A DNA stretch of 64,000 nt, from assembly GCA_963841565.1 (NCBI GenBank), contig CAWJCY010000001.1, positions 96,001 through 160,000 of the forward strand, in the 5' to 3' direction. The position numbers and the translations under genes are program-made. Source of the DNA: an uncultured Nitrososphaerales archaeon (GTDB lineage: Archaea > Thermoproteota > Nitrososphaeria > Nitrososphaerales > Nitrososphaeraceae). The notes under the pieces were generated by a model. It was not told the origin of the DNA. It did no database searches and was given only the letters and a program-made list of their open reading frames with translations. Below, piece after piece: positions 22,700 through 35,467 of this stretch. Each line of letters begins with the position of its first letter. The stretch's first letter is position 1.

Positions 22700-23836
22700 C
22701 CCTTAAATTTCTCTTTTTTGCTTTGCAAGCCGTAGCGGGTACAATGCAGGCATTTGTGTACTAGTAATTTAACGAACATAGATGACGATCAGAAATGTGG
22801 CCTTTACACGGGTGTTCGGCTAACCGAGCATAATACTTGTAGATGAATTCATGGGGGCTCTCATCGCAACATAGCAAAGCTCAGTGAATGATGTACGCTC
22901 ATTGTGCCATAGTTATGCTCACGGATCCTGTCAAGAAGCAATTAGAAATATTAGGCTGCGAATTGGGCAGTGGTTGTTACCCATTTATAGTGTTTGCTTC
23001 AGAATGCATTACAAGGATTGCGGAGCGTAATTATCATGAACCACCGAAAATAGGGCAGATGGATTCTAAAAATCCATTAATAGAAGCAAGATATCCTTTT
23101 AAATAATTATGGGATGAATATTGCATAACGATACAGATTGAATAAAAGCATTATTTTAAGAATAGCGAATAGTACAAAATTTCAGATCGCCTTTGATTAG
23201 CAAGATAAGAAGCTAACATATTCGTATAGAAAGGAGTACAACTATGAGTGGTATATACTGATCCAAAATGGAAAAATAGATCAAAAATATTATAGCCAAA
23301 TCGAGTAATATATATCTCTATAATAGCTCACAGGTCATATGCATTGTAGTCAATAGTGATTAATGCGAATGTCAGGCAACACTTAGCAGCATATTAAACC
23401 CAACAGTAAGACAAGAGTAATTTCTAATATGTGTGGAAGTAACCTCAATTCAATTGTTATGATTAGTTAGAAGATTCTTTAGAAGACAGTCATACTCCAA
23501 AGTTAGCTGAGATTTATCTAGACCAAACAGTCAATGTCTTATATATCATTAAATGCAATTTTTATTATGGTAAATGATTCTAAATCAAGTAAACCGGTTC
23601 AGCGTTCTAAAAGAAGTATATGATTTACTGGATGGAATGAAACGTTATATGCGAATAGAACATCAGGACGATGACAAAGAATTACTGGAATATCTGCGAA
23701 AGCAAGCAGGTTTACATCGGGAATAGTGTTCTGGGGGCCAGATTATTTTCCCTATTTGAAATAGCATAAAATTCAGATTTATGGCCATATCTGAATTTGC
23801 TTAATGCGAGCAAATGAAACGCTCTTTGCTCCTAGA

Positions 23837-24097
23837 ATAAATACTACATGTTTGGTCACGGAGGCAGCTGTGGCACTCATGCTCATTGGAGCAGCAGCTT
23901 TTGCAACAGACAGCGCATTTGCAGTCAGACATATACACAAGAAGTACGATGAGTCAATCAATTTTACATGCAAATGAATGAGGACAAAAGGATTCTTGAC
24001 AAAGAACTTCGAATTTCAAAATACTGCATCTCTGATTCAAGGAGATGAGAACAAAGTGCCACAGGCATTAGTGTTAGTATTCGCAAACGTAATATGA
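23837..24097 (+). pseudogene. Remnant of a small secreted Cys-pair protein
   Basis: Signal-like ALMLIGAAAFATDSAFA, then ANE*G and QNTASLIQGDEN in shifted frames; start appears mutated ATG>ATA; boundaries approximate. Confidence 0.45.
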
Positions 24098-24377
24098 TGG
24101 GAATGAAAGTTAGTAATTGAACTATTTTTTCTATTGTTATAGCAGCTATGCGTCATCATACCCGATTTCTCTGAAATATGACCCAGATCTAATTATTACT
24201 ACTCGAATTTCATCAAAGTATAGAGGAGCAAGATGTAGATATCTTTTCTTAGTATGAAGTTTATAATTACTGAGTTCAGAAGCTGCTATTCCAAATGGAC
24301 AAAATAGAACGGTCGTTTGAATGCCGAGTGAACATACTATAAGGCAATTCTTTCTGAATACTTTGAGAATGATAATA

Positions 24378-24451
24378 AGCCTTGACCGGGATTTGGACCC
24401 GGGACCTTTGCCTTACCAAGGCAACGCTCTACCAGGCTGAGCTATCAAGGC
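24378..24451 (-). tRNA. tRNA-Thr(GGT), no intron
   Basis: GCCTTGA/TCAAGGC acceptor, TTGCC-TT-GGT-AA-GGCAA anticodon arm; T-loop reads TCCAAAT. Confidence 0.95.
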
Positions 24452-24747
24452 ACTAACAACGCACTGCAAGGCTGGAAGTAACATTCGCTACGGCCACCTA
24501 CATAAGCTTAACTGCACTCTTTTTACCCAAGTTCGCATTTTCACCTCAAGGTGCAGCGTCCTAAATTCGCTATCCTTCAGCATCTTAAAGTGTTCCCTTA
24601 TTGGATTGTCGATTTTCGTGATACGGGTTTGGTAGCAGAGAAATTTTCAGAATCTGGAAAACAAGCCCCATTTTTGGACTGTTCTCAAATTTGCTGGTTC
24701 TTGTAAGATTTAAGTAAGGACTAGTCGATCCGTCTTATGAAGTAGCA

Positions 24748-24867
24748 GCGGGGGTTGTAGAGCCTGGCCAAATTGTTATCGTATGCTTGGAGACGCGGGA
24801 CTTAAGATCACAGTTATAGGTGATCCCGTCTCTCAGGGGTTCGTGGGTTCGAATCCCACCCCCCGCA
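24748..24867 (+). tRNA. tRNA-Leu(TAA) with two introns (24774-24792 at 23/24; 24807-24822 at 37/38)
   Basis: GCGGGGG/CCCCCGC acceptor, long variable arm, GTGGG-TTCGAAT-CCCAC; BHB helices CCAA/TTGG and CTTA/TAGG, each with 3-nt bulges. Confidence 0.92.
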
Positions 24868-25507
24868 TCAAATTGGTGCGATCCCTGAATTCATTGGCAG
24901 ACCTGATAAGGTGCAGATGAAATCTATTGTCAGAGCCAAGTTCAGGATGAAAAGCTGTGGCAATTATATTGTCTTGCTTTACTGCTACAACCTTGTCCTC
25001 TAACTTTGCAATAACTTGAACCCCTTCCTCAGCTTTCGACACTATGGGAGCCCGTATAAATATGCCTTTGAAAGGCCTTTTTCCCATCATAGGGATTTCC
25101 AAATTTGCCTCAAAGGAATCCTTTTGCCTTCCGAAAGCGTTTCTTTCTACTACTATGTTCAACAACGATAGTAACTTTTGTTTTGTTTGTCCAATTACCC
25201 TATCATGAGCTCTGGTGGATAGGATAATCATACCTGCACAAGTTCCTAGAACTGGCATCCCCCTAGATACTACATCGGCGATTTTACGAAAAAGCTCCCC
25301 ATTAACTGTAACCAATTTGCTGATTACAGTGCTTTCTCCACCAGGCAAAATCAAACCACTAATTCCAGAAATGTCTTTAGAGTGTCGAACAATTCTTACG
25401 TCACCTTTCTTTCCGAGATAATTAAATGCGGTCCTTGTCTGGGAAACGTTCTCCTCGACATCTCCTTGAATTCCTAGTACTCCTATTATAAGACCGTCCT
25501 TTCTCAT
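24833..25507 (-). CDS. pdxT: PLP synthase glutaminase subunit
   Basis: PGGEST, GTCAG, RNAFGRQ, FIRAP, FHPEL. Confidence 0.96.
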   Translation of the reverse strand: MRKDGLIIGVLGIQGDVEENVSQTRTAFNYLGKKGDVRIVRHSKDISGISGLILPGGESTVISKLVTVNGELFRKIADVVSRGMPVLGTCAGMIILSTRAHDRVIGQTKQKLLSLLNIVVERNAFGRQKDSFEANLEIPMMGKRPFKGIFIRAPIVSKAEEGVQVIAKLEDKVVAVKQDNIIATAFHPELGSDNRFHLHLIRSANEFRDRTNLMRGVGFEPTNP

Positions 25508-26475
25508 ACGGATGGTCCTCTTTCCTGCATCCTCAAAGCTAAGTTCTGAGTATCAAGGCCTAACATAGATTTCTTTTCGTCAACCATTTTCTGTGATTCA
25601 AGTACAGTTGCAGGGTCATCAAAGTATGTAGTGGCAAGGACTATCGCCTGAGCTCGTTGTGAAGCATCATCTGCCTTGAAAATACCGGAACCTACAAACA
25701 CGCCGTCACATCCAAGATTCATCAGAAGTGCGGCGTCAGCAGGTGTGGAGATTCCACCTGCTGCAAAATTTACTACTGGTAACCTTCCTAACCTAGCCGT
25801 CTCTTCAACAATAGGCAAAGCCGATTGTAACTGTCTAGACGTCTTTATGAGTTCCTGCGGATCATCTGCTATTGAATTAAGCCTTCGTATATCATTATTG
25901 ACCGCCTTAATATGTGAAACTGCTTCAGCTACATTGCCAGTCCCTGGTTCACCTTTGGTTCTAATCATAGAACATCCCTCTTCTATTCTGCGGAGGGCTT
26001 CGCCGAGATTTTTAGCTCCATTTACAAATGGTACCCTGAAATTCCATTTCCAAAGATGGTTATCTTCATCAGCTGGTGTAAGTACTTCGCTTTCATCAAT
26101 CGTATCAACACCTATCTCCTCTAAAATTTGAGCTTCTCCGAGATGACCTATCCTGCACTTGGCCATGATAGGGATCGTAACTGCGTCCATTATTTCTTGG
26201 ACAACCTTCACACTAGCAGTCCTTGCTACACCGCCTGCCAACCGGACATCGAATGGGAGTTTATCGAGCACCATTACAGCAACCGCTCCTGCATCTTCCG
26301 CAATTTGCGCTTGCTCAATATTGGTGACATCCATAATAACTCCATGTTTCTGCATATGCGCGAATCCTCTCTTAACCAAGGTTGTTCCGGTAGTAAATGG
26401 AGAATGAGAACCGATAACACGCCTTTGAATAGTCCTCTGCTCAATAATTTCGGATGGGACGAGAGATATCGTCAT
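25504..26475 (-). CDS. pdxS: PLP synthase lyase subunit
   Basis: [48 protein letters not shown]. Confidence 0.97.
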   Translation of the reverse strand: MTISLVPSEIIEQRTIQRRVIGSHSPFTTGTTLVKRGFAHMQKHGVIMDVTNIEQAQIAEDAGAVAVMVLDKLPFDVRLAGGVARTASVKVVQEIMDAVTIPIMAKCRIGHLGEAQILEEIGVDTIDESEVLTPADEDNHLWKWNFRVPFVNGAKNLGEALRRIEEGCSMIRTKGEPGTGNVAEAVSHIKAVNNDIRRLNSIADDPQELIKTSRQLQSALPIVEETARLGRLPVVNFAAGGISTPADAALLMNLGCDGVFVGSGIFKADDASQRAQAIVLATTYFDDPATVLESQKMVDEKKSMLGLDTQNLALRMQERGPSV

Positions 26476-26607
26476 TTAAAAGAGTGTACTGCTAACAGTT
26501 ATTTAGAGATTAGTGTCAAGTATCAATTGGAGAATGAGCACCCCTTTTGAACCATGTTCAAATTGTTATTAAAAGTATAATAACTGACAAACTGGATATT
26601 TTAAGAT

Positions 26608-26751
26608 ATGGTTGATGAGACCAAGGTGGATCCTCCGCCATGCGATATATGCGGCAACGCTTTAGAAGCATGCTTGTGTGTTTGTCCATATTGTGGTGAA
26701 CGAGATAAATGTGAATGTTGCCTCTATGATGCTGCGACTGGTGGCGGATGA
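26608..26751 (+). CDS. Cys-rich microprotein (47 aa, 9 Cys, ends ATGGG; below ORF-track cutoff)
   Basis: MVDETKVDPPPCDICGNALEACLCVCPYCGERDKCECCLYDAATGGG*; AT-rich TATA-like region ~30 nt upstream. Confidence 0.8.
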   Translation: MVDETKVDPPPCDICGNALEACLCVCPYCGERDKCECCLYDAATGGG

Positions 26752-26813
26752 ATTCTGGTATGAAATAAAATTGTAAACTAATAAAAGCTGGCTAATTAGA
26801 ATCATTAACATCG

Positions 26814-29772
<2,959 letters not shown>

Positions 29773-29918
29773 GCTAGCCACTAGATAACCACCTCTTTTC
29801 TTATTGGGATTCAGGGTACTGGACCTATTTACAACTATTTCTGATCAACAATCAGTGGGTTCTGGCGACTACTAACGTCAGAAGCAGTTTAAGAATACAA
29901 CTAACTCTTACTGAAATG

Positions 29919-29935
29919 AAAAGAAAAAAAGAAAA
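29919..29935 (-). terminator. Oligo-T terminator of amoA
   Basis: TTTTCTTTTTTTCTTTT on the minus strand ~20 nt after the amoA stop. Confidence 0.6.
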
Positions 29936-29953
29936 GGATTGCCGTAATTTGGC

Positions 29954-30604
29954 TTAGTCCCACTTACTCCAAGCGGCCATCCATCTGTAAGTCCACGTAT
30001 TGAGTTTTGCACCCAAAGCTGCTATTGGCACAGATAGCACGGCTCCCGCGCCAGCTCCTAAGGCTACTGGACTATTATAGAATTTACCGACTTGTGGTTC
30101 GATTGGTGTCATGTATGGAGGCAGTGTTGGTCTTGGATACTTGAATGCCATTTCTAGCGGATCGCGTATGGTCAATAGGTTGATCATGTTAAACAATGGC
30201 AGTGAAAGTCCAACCAATGTTCCTCCTATTAGTATCGCCGCATGTTTGTTCCTTCTTGTTGCCCAGTAAGACAGGTCCAGCAACATTGCAGATGGAATCC
30301 ACACCGGTACCGTAATGAAGTCGTATGGATATCCAAGAGCAAACCAAGCCCCTTTCGCAACCCATGTATAAATCGTCATTATAGTGGCATAGTAGGTCGC
30401 TGTCCCTGGCACTCCCGTAAACAACATGTAATATATGGCACCCACAACGAGCATCGTCGACTGCGATATAGAGAACACGACGAATGAAGTCCAAGCCCAA
30501 TCAGTGTAGAATATGTAGTCTCCTGCATTAATAGTCAGCAGCGTGCTGTTAACAGCTACGACAACTATGAACAGATAATGCGTTGTGCGTCTTAGCCAGA
30601 CCAT
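29954..30604 (-). CDS. amoA: Ammonia monooxygenase subunit A (216 aa)
   Basis: MVWLRRTTHYLF...DYIFYTDWAW...WMAAWSKWD, canonical archaeal AmoA. Confidence 0.99.
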   Translation of the reverse strand: MVWLRRTTHYLFIVVVAVNSTLLTINAGDYIFYTDWAWTSFVVFSISQSTMLVVGAIYYMLFTGVPGTATYYATIMTIYTWVAKGAWFALGYPYDFITVPVWIPSAMLLDLSYWATRRNKHAAILIGGTLVGLSLPLFNMINLLTIRDPLEMAFKYPRPTLPPYMTPIEPQVGKFYNSPVALGAGAGAVLSVPIAALGAKLNTWTYRWMAAWSKWD

Positions 30605-30627
30605 TAACAACTCTCTGCTAGAGGTTA

Positions 30628-30635
30628 TATATAAA
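30628..30635 (-). promoter_or_regulatory. TATA box of amoA (leaderless transcript likely)
   Basis: TTTATATA ending 23 nt upstream of the amoA ATG. Confidence 0.7.
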
Positions 30636-30716
30636 ATTTATCTACGCTCGCAAAAAACTTGCTGATAAAAAACAGTACTATAATGCGTAACTTGCCGCTA
30701 AAAAATAAGGAATAAT

Positions 30717-31016
30717 TCAGTACGGACGTAGAGGTTTTTCTGTTGCGATCTTCCACATCCAGAAGAAGCCTAGAGCTTCGATAACAGTAAGCACAGATAG
30801 GGCGTATATACCACTTGGCAGAGGATATGCCCAAGGATAAACAGTTACGCCTACATAAACACCGCCAGCTGTTGCAGCCCAGCACAATGCAAAGCCTAGA
30901 ATTAAGATACCCCTGTAATTTTCGACTCTGCGTCCGATCATCTTCTCTACATCGTCTCTACTACCGCCTCCTTCAACTCGTCTGCCACCAGGCCCGAATC
31001 CCTTTGGTAAAGTCAT
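30717..31016 (-). CDS. amoX: Ammonia monooxygenase subunit X (99 aa)
   Basis: MTLPKGFG...DVEKMIGRRVEN, two TMs with YPWAYP.PSG.YAL; upstream of amoA; the 190-aa track ORF over-extends. Confidence 0.93.
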   Translation of the reverse strand: MTLPKGFGPGGRRVEGGGSRDDVEKMIGRRVENYRGILILGFALCWAATAGGVYVGVTVYPWAYPLPSGIYALSVLTVIEALGFFWMWKIATEKPLRPY

Positions 31017-31289
31017 CTTATACAATACCTGATCAGTACTTACCTTTTTAAATTTTGCTGTGCAAACTGAAATCAGATTGAAACCATGTATGCCAAAACA
31101 GATCCCATATCCAGGATCATCTCTATTCAAAGTTACAAATGAAGGAAATTCTTTACGGATTATGAATTCATTTCGAAAGTTTTGATCTGCCAAAACCAAG
31201 TTGTGCTTCATGAAGGAATAGAATTTCGATCTGTCGGTAACAGCAAAATATATATCTTTGTTTCTTCTGGTATCGCTTAGAAACGACAT

Positions 31290-31844
31290 ATGATTAACAA
31301 GGCTATAGTCTTGACAGGATTGGCTGCGGTATTAGTAATGTCTAGTGCATTCGCATTTATGCCTTCTGTAGAGGGACATGGTGTTCAGGCCCAGCTCCAG
31401 AGTAGGTTTGTGAGAATTCAAGACGAATCTTTTTCTGGTCAGACACTTCAGACTGGTGATGAGCTAACAGTAACTGGAACACTACAGAGTTTGGTGAACA
31501 GACCACTTAGAGCGTGGTTGTCGCTTTTCAGCGAATCAACAAATGCAGGCAACAGGTGGGAGTTCATAGCTCGTGATCCACCCGGCAACGTCTTTGACAT
31601 TGAACCAGAGGCTACAATTCCATACTCACTAACCGTCAGAGCGCTAGAACCGGGTATTTATCATGTCCATACACAGCTCAATATTCAGACCATTGGTCCA
31701 GGACTAGGTCCAGGACAAACCGTTCAAGTGACGGGCGACCCAATTTTCAAGCCAGTTCCATGGACGAATGTGTTCTATCAAGTAATATTGATCGGAGCAG
31801 GCTTGGGCGTAACATTTGCGACTAGACCGTGGCAAGTGATCTAG
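31290..31844 (+). CDS. amoB: Ammonia monooxygenase subunit B
   Basis: Signal peptide then HGVQAQLQSRF, NAGNRWE, YHVHTQ, C-terminal TM ATRPWQVI. Confidence 0.99.
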   Translation: MINKAIVLTGLAAVLVMSSAFAFMPSVEGHGVQAQLQSRFVRIQDESFSGQTLQTGDELTVTGTLQSLVNRPLRAWLSLFSESTNAGNRWEFIARDPPGNVFDIEPEATIPYSLTVRALEPGIYHVHTQLNIQTIGPGLGPGQTVQVTGDPIFKPVPWTNVFYQVILIGAGLGVTFATRPWQVI

Positions 31845-31935
31845 TAATCACACACACTAACCAACCTCCCTCCTTTTTGTATTCGTTCAATAATTAGAAT
31901 TCTATTTAGAGAAAATCATTACGTTCTTGAAGCAT

Positions 31936-33210
31936 TTATCGGGCTGAAATCACATCAGTTCCTACGAATCTCTTCAACGGATCAGGTACTTCTATCGTTC
32001 CGTCAGCGCGTTGAAAGTTTTCAATAATTGCAACCAACGTTCTTCCAGTCGCGACCAGAGTGCTGTTTAGGGTATGAACTAAGCGAGTTTCTTCATCAGG
32101 CCGATCTCTAAATCTTATTCTTAATCTCCGAGACTGATAGTCTAAGCAATTCGAGCTCGAGACTATTTCTCTATAACAGTCTTGTCCTGGCATCCAAGCT
32201 TCTATATCGTAAGTTTTAGAGGAAGTCTTACCCATGTCACCTGTACACAGAAGGACTGTCCGAATGGGGATTCCCAATTTTTCATAAAATTTCTCGGCCA
32301 ATTCTACCATTTTCTGATGCTCTTTTTCCGAATCCTCTGGACGTGTGAATATGAATTGCTCAACCTTGTCAAAGTGATGCACTCGAAAGATGCCTTTCGT
32401 ATCCTTTCCGTGTGCACCCGCTTCTTTTCTAAAACATGGACTGATACCAGCATATCTCAATGGAAGAGCAGATCCCTCAAGAATTTCATCCATATGCATT
32501 GCCGCCATCGCGTGCTCTGAGGTACCAATCATGTGTAGATCTTCTCCATGGATTTTGTAAATCACATGTTCAAAATCTTCCAATACGACAGCACCTTCCA
32601 TTGGCTCTCTTCTAATCATGTAAGGAGGTTGCACAGGTACATATCCTTGATCTTGTAAATAATCCAGTGCGAATTGGAGAAGTCCAATATTAAGCTTTAC
32701 CATCACATTCTTCAAGAAGTAAAAGCGAGAGCCAGAAATTTTTGCAGCCCGCTCTAAATCAAACAGATCCAACTTTGTACCAAGATCGACATGATCAAGA
32801 GGGGCAAAATCGAACTTGCAAGGTGTTCCTATCGATCTAATTACCACATTATCTTGCTGATTCGCACCTACAGGTACAGAACTACTGACCAGATTTGGTA
32901 GACTCATAATCAAATGCTTGAAATTTGAATCTGTTTCTTCAAGATCTTTACCAAGTTTGAGAATTCTATCACCAATTGATTTCATCTCCCTGAGCTCTTC
33001 TGAGCAGTTCTCTCTAGTCTTCATCTTTCTCGCAATAATTTGGGAGATCACATTCTTTCGGTGTCTTGCCAAATCGCTCTCGGAGATTAAAGTGCGTCTT
33101 CTCTTATCTAGCAACAATAACTCATCTAACGGAAAAGATAGATTTCTATGGGAGAGCATTAACCGTATCCGTTCTGGATCGTCTTTTAGTAGTCGTGGAT
33201 CAATCATCAT
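31936..33210 (-). CDS. serS: Serine--tRNA ligase
   Basis: N-terminal coiled coil, GTSEH, CFRKEAG, GIFRVHHF.KVEQF, HTLNST. Confidence 0.97.
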   Translation of the reverse strand: MMIDPRLLKDDPERIRLMLSHRNLSFPLDELLLLDKRRRTLISESDLARHRKNVISQIIARKMKTRENCSEELREMKSIGDRILKLGKDLEETDSNFKHLIMSLPNLVSSSVPVGANQQDNVVIRSIGTPCKFDFAPLDHVDLGTKLDLFDLERAAKISGSRFYFLKNVMVKLNIGLLQFALDYLQDQGYVPVQPPYMIRREPMEGAVVLEDFEHVIYKIHGEDLHMIGTSEHAMAAMHMDEILEGSALPLRYAGISPCFRKEAGAHGKDTKGIFRVHHFDKVEQFIFTRPEDSEKEHQKMVELAEKFYEKLGIPIRTVLLCTGDMGKTSSKTYDIEAWMPGQDCYREIVSSSNCLDYQSRRLRIRFRDRPDEETRLVHTLNSTLVATGRTLVAIIENFQRADGTIEVPDPLKRFVGTDVISAR

Positions 33211-33469
33211 TAAGCACCATTTTCCCAATCGAAATATGACTTAAGACTTCGTCTACTGTATTGGTAATTGTCTCTATAGAACCATCACTATTGAACTCGA
33301 TTGAAAGTATGTTCTCTGAAAGAGAATGCATTTGCATTTCTAGGCCTTGGGGAAAATTGATATTGTCAGCAATGAGTGATCTCATTATTGCATCTCTTTT
33401 GCCTTCATCTTCTAGATCTAGTTCTATATATATGGTGATTTTATTAATGAGAGGCTCTTGCATTTTCAC
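33200..33469 (-). CDS. KEOPS subunit Pcc1-like protein
   Basis: 89 aa, SL.ADN.NFP motif, TITNTVDEVL helix; sits in the rps15-DHH-pcc1 neighbourhood. Confidence 0.7.
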   Translation of the reverse strand: MKMQEPLINKITIYIELDLEDEGKRDAIMRSLIADNINFPQGLEMQMHSLSENILSIEFNSDGSIETITNTVDEVLSHISIGKMVLNDD

Positions 33470-34896
33470 CGGTCCTAGGTGCAGCTTTCAAACACGAGAC
33501 AAAACTTTCTAGACCGCTAGGTGGGACTTCGCAACATAGCACATAATGCTCAAAGGGATGGGGGAGTGCATGAGAAACACTAGAGCACTTCCGTATCGCT
33601 GAAGCCATCTTTGTGTATTTTGCCAAGTCACTTGTCCGACAACAATACTTGTACGTGCCTGTTTGTGTGACTGTCCTGCCAACAAGGATCTTGCGTAAGA
33701 ATTGTGGAGAGGACTCTAGAAGAGTCACGATATCTTCGAGGGCATTCTCTGCCACGGCCCCTTCCCCGTTAATGAAGACCATGTCTTTGTCAACCCAAAT
33801 CCTCCATTTCTCCCCAAATAAAGTGCTTAACGATCGCCTCAGAATGTCAAGATAACGAACCACAGTTTCTTCAGCTATTGCTAACATCTTGAAGCGGTCC
33901 CCAAGGCAAACCGATATCGCTACTCCTGATTTTTGTACTCTTCCACAGACTCCAAGGAGATCTGAGTACTCCCTTGCGTCACGAAGTGGGGTTCCCCTGT
34001 CTTCCTTAAGTAGGGTGTAACTGATCCCACGTATGCCTTCCAAAGGTAGCACCTCTGTGCCAGAATTGGTGGCAACGAATTTTGCAATCCCTTCATAGAT
34101 TGACCATTTCTCCTGATCCAGAAGATCGGTGAAAACTCGCCATTTTCCATTTTCCTTCAACTTGATCCCGGAATTTTCCACTATTGACTTAGCCCTCTGT
34201 AAGTTCCAAGTTAGTCCGTCGATGTAAGGAAAACGAGTCAGAGCGATTGCTTCGTGTATTGGCCTCCATTCTCGTCCTACCATCATAAGGTCGTCTGGTT
34301 GGCTTCGCAACAGACCTTGAGATTCACCAACCTTGGCTATTTCAGCGTTTATCCCCTCAAGTGATCTCCCTTCTCCGCGATCCTGTCTCTCACCAAGTGA
34401 AGATAGGACAGCCAATACAGAGAGATCCTTATTTTTTGTGTCTAATGTTATCGACAGTAGATAACAGATGCCTGCAGAGGTTATTTCTGACCAGCCATTG
34501 AGCTCGGTACCTATTGATGTTCAGGACTTGCTGGCTATATGCTTCGTTAGATTCGGGGGCTATCTCATCTGATAGATGTCGGATCAGCAACCATTTGTTT
34601 TGAAGGCACTTGTCAAGCTTTTCGACTGATTCATGTTCGAAATCTAATAGCAAACACAAATCATACTCATCGGAAATCGAGTTTCCAACGTGTAGAGAAT
34701 CTGTTAAACTAGAGGTGCTTCTCAATACACATTTGGTGTTTAATCTTTCAAGAGTTTGGAAGACTATACTACTTGCCGCTATTCCATCGGGGGATGGACT
34801 CGATAGAACAAGGAACTTTCCCTCTTTTCTTACGAGGTCACGAATATTATCTGAAATAGACTTGAGATCATCATCTAGTCTATTTCGTGGGTTCAT
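33444..34896 (-). CDS. RecJ/DHH-family protein (degenerate motifs), split by one extra base near 34506
   Basis: PDGIAASSI, repaired junction ELNGWSEITSAGICYLL, LGERQD, GREWRPIHEAI, LRDAREYSDLL..CGR; follows rps15. Confidence 0.8.
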
Positions 34897-34911
34897 CGAG
34901 AGGTCGTGAGT

Positions 34912-35364
34912 TTATTGCGCCTGTGCTATAACCGCAGCATATTTCCAATTCTTGCCAATTTTGTCCTTTATCTTGTAATACCTTGATAGACGATGTATCT
35001 TCGATTCGATCAGTTCTAGGGAACGAACGTTTCTTCTATCGCTGTTGTGTGTTCTGAGATGTCTTTGCAAGCCAAGGGCCTTTTTCACCAGCCTGTCTAG
35101 ATCCTCTGGCATATCCTGCTTAACACCGTTCTCTCTCAAAACATCGGTTATGGTTTTTCCCAAAATTGGTTTCACCAGTGGTATCCCATACTCATCTCTA
35201 AGAATGATACCAATTTGGGAAGCGGTTAAGCCATCTTCATTATACATTTTGATGATAATAGATTTAAGGTCGGAATGACTGATGTCAACCCAAGTCGGCA
35301 CACTCTTGGAGGTAGGACGTGTTGAATGAGACTTGCCGCGAGTATGTGCATGCATTCGTGCCAT
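34912..35364 (-). CDS. rps15: 30S ribosomal protein S15 (uS15)
   Basis: MARMHAHTRGKSHSTRP...IGIILRD...LIESKIHRLSRYYK. Confidence 0.97.
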   Translation of the reverse strand: MARMHAHTRGKSHSTRPTSKSVPTWVDISHSDLKSIIIKMYNEDGLTASQIGIILRDEYGIPLVKPILGKTITDVLRENGVKQDMPEDLDRLVKKALGLQRHLRTHNSDRRNVRSLELIESKIHRLSRYYKIKDKIGKNWKYAAVIAQAQ

Positions 35365-35467
35365 TGATAGACAACGTTCTGAGGGTCGACATCTAAATGT
35401 TACGGACACTGAAGACGGAACAGGCTTTACAAAAAAGTTAAATAATCGAGATTCGAAAAATGAACAT

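Noticed and set aside
23567-23764. Possible decayed C2H2 zinc-finger gene
   Set aside because: Needs several assumed Cys/His reversions and a frameshift; too speculative
31017-31289. N-terminal extensions in the ORF track for amoX (190 aa), and likewise amoZ, rps15, rps24e and the Dph6 gene
   Set aside because: Extensions cross TATA boxes or neighbouring genes and lack homology; downstream starts fit leaderless spacing
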